From Eledone cirrhosa (lineage: Eukaryota): DNA of 64,000 nt. Location of the stretch: positions 210,428,001-210,492,000 of the forward strand of contig OZ024740.1 in assembly GCA_964016885.1 (NCBI GenBank). Direction: 5' to 3'. The position numbers were made by a program, and so were the translations under genes. A model generated the notes under the pieces. That model made no database searches and was not told the origin of the DNA. It saw only the letters and a program-made list of their open reading frames with translations. Below are positions 50,901-64,000 of this stretch, one piece after another (position 1 is the stretch's first letter; each line of letters starts with the position of its first letter).

Positions 50901-51306
50901 ATACATATATGCATGTATTGCATGTATGTGTATGTGTGTATATATATGCATGTGTATGTGTATATATATACATCATCATCATCACTGTTTTACGTCCGTT
51001 CTTCCACGCTAGTATGGGTTAGACGGGTTGTCCTGTTGTGGGCAGTGTCTGGTCGGCTGACCATGCCTTGCTCATACAGGAACTGATTCTGGCTTGATTT
51101 CTACAGCTGATGCCCTTCCTAACACCAACCTCATTTACAGTGAGTGCTGGGTGCTTTTTTTCCGTGGCACCTACACGTCCACTTTACAGTGGGAGGGTGT
51201 GGGGGCATATTGTCTATATGCTTCAGCTTGTACCCATGGGAGGTCGGGTACTCTGTATTACTGCGTATTACATATATGCTGTATTAAATATATGCATGTA
51301 TGTGTA

Positions 51307-51362
<56 letters not shown>

Positions 51363-51419
51363 TACACCCAATACATGCATATACGTATATATACATACAC
51401 ATGCATATATATACATACA

Positions 51420-51458
<39 letters not shown>

Positions 51459-51539
51459 TACACCCAATACATGCATATACGTATATATACATACACATGC
51501 ATATATATACATACTATATATATATATATACACACACGC

Positions 51540-54500
51540 CAAAGATAAAGACAAATTCACCTCTTGGACGAGAATGCGAGCACTCCTCATTGTTTCGACC
51601 ACGGACGGCTAACATAACCCCATCGCCCCCCCCCCCCCCCCCCCCAAACGCAATCCAAAACTCCAGAGTTGGTACCATAAATGTAGGCACCCTAAAGGGT
51701 CGCGCTAACGAGGTTGTAGAAATGCTTGAACGTAAGGAGGTCGATGTTTGTTGTATTCAAGAGACCAGGTGGAGGGGTGGGTCTGCTAGGTTCATTGAGG
51801 GTAAAAAACGATGTTATAAGCTTTTCTGGGTGGGAAACGACGATGGGCTGGGTGGAGTAGGAATCATGGTAGCAGAAAAGTGGGCAGATAAGATAATAGA
51901 CGTAAATAGAGTGAACGACAGAATAATTAAAATACGACTTGTCCTCAATAGAACTACGGTGACAGTAATATCTGCGTACGCACCCCAATCCGGACTGCCC
52001 GGCACTATAAAAGACAGATTCTACCTCCCAAATATCCGACAGTGACTATATAATTATCGCAGGCGACCTAAATGGTCACGTTGGACAACATTGTGACGGC
52101 TACGACGAAATCCATGGAGGCTATGGGTTTGGTACTAGAAATGAGGAAGGCTCCAGAATCCTGGAATTCTGTGATGCAAATAACCTAACTATCTGTAACA
52201 CTAACTTCAAAAAACGTGACAATCACCTGATCACCTATAGATCCGGGGAACACACAAGCCAGGTAGATTATATCCTTACCAGAAGACGTGACAGAGTGTC
52301 TGTTGTAAACACTAAATCCCTCCCCCATGAAGAATGCACCTCCCAACATAGACTGATAATTAGCGACCTCATAGTCAGGACGAGACGTACTCGACAGCAG
52401 AAGAGGACTATCCTCAGGAGAAAAATATGGAAGCTAAAGGACCCCACAGCCAGGAATAAATTTCAAAGCATATTACTTGATGCTTTCGACAGTAAGGAAG
52501 AACATTTAGAGTCGGACAATATAGAGGGAGAGTGGGAATTTCTGAAAGCAAACCTGCTGTTGGCGACAGACGAAGTCTGTGGCTGGAGCAGGCCTGTAGG
52601 CAGGAGGAGAGTAACATGGTGGTGGAACAGTAAGGTGGAGGGGTCAATTAAGGCCAAAAAGCAGGCTTGGAAAGTATGGCGGGATGGGGGAAGTAGAGAG
52701 GACTATCAAGTGGCCAGGAGGGAAGCTGAGGAAAGAAAGTTCAAGCATGTTCTACAACGCGATGACCAAAAACGTGAGGTGTTCAGGATTGCTAGGCAAT
52801 GCGTCAAGGAAAACCGTGATATTGTCGGGGAGAAGTGTGTACTAAACGACGATGGCACACTTGCCATCACCGACGCTGATAAGAAGGTAGCTTGGAAGTG
52901 TCACTATGAAAGGCTACTAAATGAGGAGAATAAATGGGAGAAAGACAGTCTCCCCCATATCGACCCAATAGAGGGACCAGCAGTGTTAGTCGAGGGGAGT
53001 ATAATAAGTAAGGCAATCAAGGATATGAAGACGGGTAAGGCTGCTGGGCCTTCGGAAATAGTTGCTGAGATGCTGAAGGCATCTGGCACGGTGGGACACA
53101 CCATGGTCACCCGCATAGTTAACCAAGTCGTACAGAATGGGGTTGTTCCGAAGGACTGGCATAGCAGCATCATCGTTAACTGTTATAAGGGTAAAGGAGA
53201 CGCCCTCGATAGGAGTAACTATAGAGGCATTAAATTAATCGACCAGGTCATGAAGGTCACGGAAAAAGTAATAGCGCAACTAATCAGAGAGAGAATTGAC
53301 CTAGATGAAATGCAGTTCGGGTTTGTGTCAGGCAAAAGTACCACAGACGCTCTTTTCATAGTACGACAACTACAGGAGAAGTACCTAGCTAAAGGTAAGC
53401 CCCTCTACTTAGCTTTTGTCGACTTGGAGAAAGCCTTCGACAGAGTCCCCCGCTCCATTATCTGGTGGGCTCTTAGAAAACTAGGCGTTGACGAATGGCT
53501 TGTGAGGGCTATACAAGCCATGTATAAAGAAACAGTCAGCAAGGTTAGAATTAACAACGAATATAGTGAAGAGTTTAGCGTAAAAGTTGGCGTCCATCAG
53601 GGCTCTGTTCTCAGCCCACTACTATTTATTATTGCCCTTCAGGCTATAACAGAGGAGTTCAAGACAGGCTGCCCATGGGAACTCCTATACGCAGACGACC
53701 TGACACTCATAGCGGAATCAATGGCCGAGCTAGAGAAGAAATTCCAAACATGGAAGCACGGCCTAGAGTCAAAAGGACTTAAAATTAACCTGGCTAAGAC
53801 CAAAGTACTAGTTTGTAGGAAAGAAAACAAGGCGGCGGTCCCTTCTGGGAAATGGTCGTGCTCGGTGTGTAGGAAAGGCGTAGGTAGAAACTCCATTTTA
53901 TGTCCTAAATGCAAAGTATGGGTGCATAAAAGATGTAGTGGGATCACAGGTAAGCTAACTAAGAACATAGATTTTACATGTGGCCGGTGCTCTGGTGCAA
54001 TAAGTAGCAGCAAGTGCCCACAAAATACTAGCTCTTTCAATTGCGCAGAGGGTTCTATAGAAATAGTGGACAGCTTCCGTTACCTGGGCGATAAAATCAG
54101 CAGTGGGGGAGGGTGCTCTGAAAGTATTGTAGCTAGAGTCAGAACTGGTTGGAAAAAGTTCAGAGAGCTTATACCACTATTAGCTGCTAAAGGGTTCTCA
54201 CTAAAAATGAAAGGCAGGTTGTACGATGCCTGCATACGAACAGCAATGCTGCATGGCAGTGAGACCTGGGCATTGTGTGCAGAGGATATACGCAGACTAG
54301 AGAGGAACGAAGCTTGCATGCTCCGCTGGATGTGTAACAGTAATATACGTGAACGGCAAAGCATAAACGAACTAAGGAAAAAATTAGAGATAAGAGGGAT
54401 CAGATGTTGTTTACTCGAGAGAAGGCTACGTTGGTATGGACACGTGATGCGCATGAAAGTCGACAGCTGTATAACAAAGTGCAGGGCAATAAAGATAGAC

Positions 54501-55040
54501 GGTAGTCACGGAATAGGCAGACCTAGAAAAACCTGGGACGAGCTGATAAACTCCGACATCACACACTTACACCTCTCCAAGACAATGTCACTGGACCGAG
54601 ACCTTTGGCGGTACTCAATAACAGAGAAGACCCGCCTTACCTAAATATATAGTAAAACCTACTCCAGCCAGTAGGCATCTCTAACAAAATACACCCCGTC
54701 CCACCACCACCACCCCCACCCCATCCACACCACCCCGTTCTATGTAAAGTTATGTTGGTGCCGAGCCATCGAGGCCGAAACAAATGAGATCGTGTAGGTG
54801 TCACGACAAAAAAACACACAGTCCACGCTGTAATGTGGCCGTGTAGGCAACACGGTAAAAACCTCCCAGACCCACACTGTAAATGTGGTTGGTGTTAGGA
54901 AGGGCATCCAACTGTAGAAAACCTGCCAGACAGTCCTATGCGAGCAAGACAATCACTCTTGCCTCAAGTGGGACTACCCCCGTCCAAACCCATGCAAGCG
55001 TGGAACACGGACGTTAAACGTTGATGATGATGATGATGAT
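51540..55040 (+). mobile_element. Near-full-length RTE-clade LINE (APE endonuclease + RT with embedded PHD-like finger), one frameshift near 52030, (GAT)n tail
   Basis: APE motifs TINVGTL, IQETRW, SAYAPQ, GDLNGHVG and SQVDYIL; RT motifs NYRGI, QFGF, AFVDLEKAFD, GVHQGSVLSP, LYADD, FRYLG, LRWYGHV and GRPRKTW. Confidence 0.95.
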
Positions 55041-55044
55041 GACA

Positions 55045-55291
55045 CATAAGAGTAATGGCTTCTAATAATAATAATAATGGTTTCTGATTTAGGTACAGCT
55101 ATTTTGGAGGGAGGGGAAGTCAATTAATTTGACCCCAGTGTATTACTGGTACTTTATTTTATCAGCCATATGAGGATGAAAGGCAAAGTTGACCTTGGTG
55201 GGATTGAACTCAGAATATCGAGAAACACTAGAAACATTTGCTAATGTTGTAACATTTCTGAATAATTTGTCACATAGGTACAAGACCAGAA

Positions 55292-55382
<91 letters not shown>

Positions 55383-55751
55383 GGAGTTGTATTTAATTAG
55401 TTGGAATTGCGACAAACATAAATGTTTATAACTGATATAGAGCACTCAACAAGTTACTGGAGTAAATATTCCAAGATAATAATAAATGGAAACTATATTT
55501 ATAAAACCATATTTATTTTATTGTATATATTTCAAGGGCGACCAAGCAAATCTTGGTGCGCTTTCATCAAATAAAATACAGCGAATCTTCGGACCGTTAA
55601 GGTGTGATCTCTATGGGTATGTCATTATTTATAAAACAAATTTTGTATTTTATCTGATGAAAGCGCACCAAGATTTGCTTGGTCGCCCTTGAAATACATA
55701 TAATAAAATAAATATGGTTTTATAAATATAGTTTCCATTTATTATTATCTT

Positions 55752-55786
<35 letters not shown>

Positions 55787-56271
55787 TCAGTGAATTACTG
55801 GTATAGGCTGATTCAATCTAATGTCCCTTACATTTCTGGTCTTGTACCTATGTGACAAATTATTCAGAAATGTTACAACATTAGCAAATGTTTCTAGTGT
55901 TTCTTGATATTCTGAGTTCAATCCCACCAAGGTCAACTTTGCCTTTCATCCTCATATGGCTGATAAAAAAAAGTACCAGTAATACACTGGGGTCGAATCA
56001 ATTGACTTTCCCCTCCCTCCAAAATAGCTGGCCTTGTGCCTAAATCAGAAACCATTCGGTGGATTGGCAGTATCGGTAGAGGGTCAGACGTCATGCTTTC
56101 CAGCATAGTTATGTCCCTTTATGATCTGAGTTCAAATCCCGCCGAGGTTGACTTTGCCTTTCATCCTTACGGGGTCGATAAAATAAAGTACCAGTAATGC
56201 ACTGGGTTATTGCTGGCCTTGTGCCTAAAGTAGAAACCATTATTATTATTATTAGAAACCATTACTCTTAT
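55045..56271. repeat. Large nested inverted duplication (outer ~240-bp arms; inner ~110-bp hammerhead-bearing arms)
   Basis: 55045-55295 pairs with 55829-56055 plus 56232-56271 (the right arm is interrupted by a younger SINE); 55471-55580 pairs with 55644-55753. Confidence 0.85.
55646..55710 (+). ncRNA. Type I hammerhead ribozyme motif
   Basis: tattttat CTGATGA aag-cgcaccaag..cttggtcgc-cctt GAAA t-acat-a TA^ ataaaata; perfect 8-bp stem I. Confidence 0.75.
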
Positions 56272-56642
56272 ATTTTGTTTTAATAATTTAGTTTGCAGTT
56301 GTTAACAGTAAAGAAAGAAGAGAGAATTTTTATGCCAGGACTGACAACTTTCTATTGAGACTATTAATTACCAAAATAGTCGCTACCTTTCAAGTTATAT
56401 TGGCCTTCACTGAGAGTACCTCAATGAATGAGGGTTTTGTTTGATGTGGGCTCAGGTAAAATTTTAAAAGATTTTCAAATAGAAAATATCCCACCCGTAC
56501 CCCATCAAGCTAAACTATTTTATAATTTATTAGTTCTTTATTGTTGGACATAGCAGGGAATGTGAGTATAGAGGAGAGTGAAGTGTAGAAGATACATCAC
56601 AACAACAACAACACAACCAGAATTGAAAAAAATGCACAGTCC

Positions 56643-59600
56643 CACACAGTAAGACATACACAGATATACACAGTAAGACATACACAGATATATACACAGC
56701 AAGACATACACATATATACACAGTAAGACATACACATATATACACAGTAAGACATACACAGATATATACACAGCAAGACATACACATATATACACAGTAA
56801 GACATACACATATATACACAGTAAGACATACACATATATATACACAGTAAGACATACACATATATATACAGTAAGACATACACATATATACACAGTAAGA
56901 CATACACATATATACACAGTAAGACATACACATATATACACAGTAAGACATACACATATATACACAGTAAGACATACACATATATATACACAATAAGACA
57001 CGCACATATATACACAGTAAGACACACAGATATATACACAGTAAGACATACACATATATATACACAGTAAGAAATACACATATATATACACAGTAAGACA
57101 TACACATATATATACACAGTAAGACATACACATATATACACAGTAAGACATACAGATATATACACAGTAAGACATACACATATATACACAGTAAGACATA
57201 CAACATATATACACAGTAAGACATACATATATACATACACAGTAAGGCATACACATATATATACACAGTAAGACATACACATATATACACAGTAAGACAT
57301 ACAGATATATACACAGTAAGACATACACATATATACACAGTAAGACATACAGATATATACACAGCAAGACATATACATATATATACACAGTAAGACATAC
57401 ACATATATACACAGTAAGACATACACATATACACACAGTAAGACATACACATATATACACAGTAAGACATACACATATATACACAGTAAGACATACAAAT
57501 ATATACACAGTAAGACATACACATATATATACAGTAAGACATATATACACAGTAAGACATACATATATACACAGTAAGACATACACATATATACACAGTA
57601 AGACATACACATATATATATAGTAAGACATATATACACAGTAAGACATACACATATATACACAGTAAGAGATACACATATATACACAGTAAGACATACAC
57701 ATATATACACAGTAAGACATACACATATACAAACAGTAAGACATACACATATATACACAGTAAGACATACACATATATATACACAGTAAGACATACACAT
57801 ATATACACAGCAAGACATACACGTATATATACACAGTAAGACATACACATATATATACACAGTAAGACATATACATATATACACAGCAAGACATACACAT
57901 ATATACACAGTAAGTCATACACATATATACACAGTAAGACATACACATATATACACAGTAAGACATACACATATATACACAGCAAGACATATACATATAT
58001 ATACACAGTAAGACATACACATATATACACAGTAAGACATACACATATACACACAGTAAGACATACACATATATACACAGTAAGACATACACATATATAC
58101 ACAGTAAGACATACACATATATACACGGTAAGACATACACATATATACACAGTAAGACATACACATATATACACAGTAAGACATACACATATATACACAG
58201 TAAGACATACACATATATACACAGTAAGTCATACACATATATACACAGTAAGACATACACATATATACACAGTAAGACATACACATATATATAAACAGTA
58301 AGACATACACATATATATACAGTAAGACATACACATATATACACAGCAAGACATACACATATATACACAGTAAGACATACACATATATACACAGTAAGAC
58401 ATACAAATGTATACACAGTAAGACATACACATATATATACAGTAAGACATACATATATACACAGTAAGACATACACATATATACACAGTAAGACATGCAC
58501 ATATATATATAGTAAGACATATATACACAGTAAGACATACACATATATACACAGTAAGACACACACATATATATACACAGTAAGACATACACATATTTAC
58601 ACAGTAAGACAAACACATATATACACAGTAAGACATACACATATATACACAGTAAGACATACACTTATATACACAGTAAGACATACACTTATATACACAG
58701 TAAGACATACACATATATACACATTGAGACACACACATATATATACACAGTAAGACATACACATATATACACAGTAAGACATACACTTATATACACAGTA
58801 AGACATACACATATATACACAGTGAGACACACACATATATATACACAGTAAGATATACACATATATACACAGTAAGACATACACATATATACACAGTAAG
58901 ACATACACATATATACACAATAAGACATAAACATATATACACAGTAAGACATACACATATATACACAGTAAGACATACACATATATACACAGTAAGACAT
59001 ACACATATATACACAGTAAGACATACACTTATATATAAACAGTAAGACATACACATATATATACAGTAAGACATACACATATATACACAGTAAGACATAC
59101 ACATATATATACAGTAAGACATACACATATATACACAGTAAGACATACACATATATACACAGTAAGACATACAAATATATACACAGTAAGACATACACAT
59201 ATATATACAGTAAGACATATATACACAGTAAGACATACATATATACACAGTAAGACATACACATATATACACAGTAAGACATACACAGATATATATAGTA
59301 AGACATATATACACAGTAAGACATACACATATATACACAGTAAGAGATACACATATATACACAGTAAGACATACACATATATACACAGTAAGACACACAC
59401 ATATATATACACAGTAAGACATACACATATTTACACAGTAAGACATACACATATATACACAGTAAGACATACACATATATACACAGTAAGACATACACTT
59501 ATATACACAGTAAGACATACACTTATATACACAGTAAGACATACACATATATACACATTGAGACACACACATATATATACACAGTAAGACATACACATAT

Positions 59601-62600
59601 ATACACAGTAAGACATACACATATATACACAGTAAGACATATACATATATATACAGTAAGACATACATATATATACACAGTAAGACATACACATATATAT
59701 ACACAGTAAGACATACACATATATATACAGTAAGACATACATATATATACACAGTAAGACATACATATATATATACAAAGTAAGACATACACATATATAC
59801 ACATTGAGACACACACATATATATACACAGTAAGACATACACTTAAATACACAGTAAGACATACACATATATACACAGTAAGACATACACATATATATAC
59901 ACAGTAAAACATACATATATATACACAGTAAAACACACATATATACACAGTAAGACATACACATATATACACAGTAAGACATACAGATATATATACACAG
60001 CAAGACATACACATATATATACACAGTAAGTCATACACATATATACACAGTAAGACATACACATATATACACAGTAAGACATACACATATATATACACAG
60101 TAAGACATACACCTATATACACAGCAAGACATACATATATATACACAGTAAGACATACACATATATACACAGCAAGACATACACATATATATACACAGTA
60201 AGACATACACATATATACACAGTAAGACATACACATATATATACACAGTAAGACATACACATATATACACAGTAAGACATACACATATATACACAGTAAG
60301 ACATACACATATATATACAGTAAGACATACACATATATACACAGTGTGACATACACATATATACACAGTAAGACATACACATATAAACACAGTAAGACAT
60401 ACACATATATACACAGTAAGACATACACATATTTACACAGTAAGACATACACATATATATACAGCAAGACATACACATATATATACAGTAAGACATACAC
60501 ATATATACACAGTAAGACATACACATATATACATAGTAAGACATACACATATTTACACAGTAAGACATACACATATATATACACAGTAAGAAACACATAT
60601 ATACACAGTAAGACATACACATATATATACAGCAAGACATACAAATATATACACAGTAAGACATACACATATATACACAGTAAGACATACAACATATATA
60701 CACAGTAAGACATACATATATACATACACAGTAAGGCATACACATATATATACACAGTAAGACATACACATATATACACAGTAAGACATACAGATATATA
60801 CACAGCAAGACATATACATATATATACACAGTAAGACATACACATATATACACAGTAAGACATACACATATACACACAGTAAGACACACATATATACACA
60901 GTAAGACATACACATATATACACAGTAAGACATACATATATATACACAGTAAGACATACACATATATATACAGTAAGACATATATACACAGTAAGACATA
61001 CATATATACACATTAAGACATACACATATATACACAGTAAGACATACACATATATATATAGTAAGACATATATACACAGTAAGACATACACATATATACA
61101 CAGTAAGACATACACATATATACACAGTAAGATATACACATATATACACAGTAAGACATACACATATATACATAGTAAGACATACACACACATATATACA
61201 CAGTAAGACATACACATATATATACACAGTAAGACATACACATATATACACAGCAAGACATACACATATATACACAGCAAGACACACATATATACACAGT
61301 AAGACACACATATATACACAGTAAGACATACACATATATACACAGTAAGACATACACACATATATACACAGTAAGACATACACATATATACACAGTAAGA
61401 CATACACATATATACACAGCAAGACATACACATATATATACACAATAAGACACGCACATATATACACAGTAAGACACACAGATATATACACAGTAAGACA
61501 TACACATATATATACACAGTAAGAAATACACATATATATACACAGTAAGACATACACATATATATACACAGTAAGACATACACATATATACACAGTAAGA
61601 CATACAGATATATACACAGTAAGACATACACATATATACACAGTAAGACATACAACATATATACACAGTAAGACATACATATATACATACACAGTAAGGC
61701 ATACACATATATATACACAGTAAGACATACACATATATACACAGTAAGACATACAGATATATACACAGCAAGACATATACATATATATACACAGTAAGAC
61801 ATACACATATATACACAGTAAGACATACACATATACACACAGTAAGACACACATATATACACAGTAAGACATACACATATATACACAGTAAGACATACAA
61901 ATATATACACAGTAAGACATACACATATATATACAGTAAGACATATATACACAGTAAGACATACATATATACACAGTAAGACATACACATATATACACAG
62001 TAAGACATACACATATATATATAGTAAGACATATATACACAGTAAGACATACACATATATACACAGTAAGAGATACACATATATACACAGTAAGACATAC
62101 ACATATATACACAGTAAGACATACACATATACAAACAGTAAGACATACACATATATACACAGTAAGACATACACATATATATACACAGTAAGACATACAC
62201 ATATATACACAGCAAGACATACACGTATATATACACAGTAAGACATACACATATATATACACAGTAAGACATATACATATATACACAGCAAGACATACAC
62301 ATATATACACAGTAAGTCATACACATATATACACAGTAAGACATACACATATATACACAGTAAGACATACACATATATACACAGCAAGACATATACATAT
62401 ATATACACAGTAAGACATACACATATATACACAGTAAGACATACACATATACACACAGTAAGACATACACATATATACACAGTAAGACATACACATATAT
62501 ACACAGTAAGACATACACATATATACACGGTAAGACATACACATATATACACAGTAAGACATACACATATATACACAGTAAGACATACACATATATACAC

Positions 62601-64000
62601 AGTAAGACATACACATATATACACAGTAAGTCATACACATATATACACAGTAAGACATACACATATATACACAGTAAGACATACACATATATATAAACAG
62701 TAAGACATACACATATATATACAGTAAGACATACACATATATACACAGCAAGACATACACATATATACACAGTAAGACATACACATATATACACAGTAAG
62801 ACATACAAATGTATACACAGTAAGACATACACATATATATACAGTAAGACATACATATATACACAGTAAGACATACACATATATACACAGTAAGACATGC
62901 ACATATATATATAGTAAGACATATATACACAGTAAGACATACACATATATACACAGTAAGACACACACATATATATACACAGTAAGACATACACATATTT
63001 ACACAGTAAGACAAACACATATATACACAGTAAGACATACACATATATACACAGTAAGACATACACTTATATACACAGTAAGACATACACATATATACAC
63101 AGTAAGACATACACATATATACACATTGAGACACACACATATATATACACAGTAAGACATACACATATATACACAGTAAGACATACACTTATATACACAG
63201 TAAGACATACACATATATACACAGTGAGACACACACATATATATACACAGTAAGATATACACATATATACACAGTAAGACATACACATATATACACAGTA
63301 AGACATACACATATATACACAATAAGACATAAACATATATACACAGTAAGACATACACATATATACACAGTAAGACATACACATATATACACAGTAAGAC
63401 ATACACATATATACACAGTAAGACATACACTTATATATAAACAGTAAGACATACACATATATATACAGTAAGACATACACATATATACACAGTAAGACAT
63501 ACACATATATATACAGTAAGACATACACATATATACACAGTAAGACATACACATATATACACAGTAAGACATACAAATATATACACAGTAAGACATACAC
63601 ATATATATACAGTAAGACATATATACACAGTAAGACATACATATATACACAGTAAGACATACACATATATACACAGTAAGACATACACAGATATATATAG
63701 TAAGACATATATACACAGTAAGACATACACATATATACACAGTAAGAGATACACATATATACACAGTAAGACATACACATATATACACAGTAAGACACAC
63801 ACATATATATACACAGTAAGACATACACATATTTACACAGTAAGACATACACATATATACACAGTAAGACATACACATATATACACAGTAAGACATACAC
63901 TTATATACACAGTAAGACATACACTTATATACACAGTAAGACATACACATATATACACATTGAGACACACACATATATATACACAGTAAGACATACACAT
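56643..64000. repeat. ~24-bp satellite (CACAGTAAGACATACACATATATA) with a 4402-bp higher-order duplication; continues past the window end
   Basis: Tandem array; near-identical spurious ORFs recur at an offset of exactly 4402 bp (57915/62317, 58229/62631, 58597/62999, 59029/63431). Confidence 0.95.

Noticed and set aside
56530-63998. Very long Y/C/V/M-rich ORFs (up to 1033 aa)
   Set aside because: Translation of a TA/CA-rich satellite with constant frame switching.

Overview
AT-rich, microsatellite-dense eukaryotic genomic DNA. The SINE families, (TA)n/(CA)n density and retroelement mix suggest a coleoid cephalopod such as Octopus; this is an inference, not a database result. There are two host genes: a + strand HtrL/YibB-like terminal exon (4307-5206), and a - strand gene with four phase-compatible exons (49603 to 32727) encoding a disordered segment with about 20 YxxV/I/L/P motifs, like a PAG/Cbp-type adaptor. 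The rest is mobile DNA: a decayed R4/Dong-like RLE LINE, a CRE-like RLE fragment, a near-full-length RTE LINE with a PHD-like finger, several Penelope-like (PLE) remnants, a non-autonomous Helitron, a TTAA MITE, many tRNA SINEs and several large minisatellites. The most striking signal is at least ten type I hammerhead ribozyme (HHR) motifs folded by eye. These include a tandem retrozyme-like dimer (predicted 421-nt monomer), small palindromic mini-elements with an HHR on each strand, and two unrelated families sharing a non-canonical CAGANGA (U4A) core. Three minisatellites appear to derive from segments of identifiable transposons.
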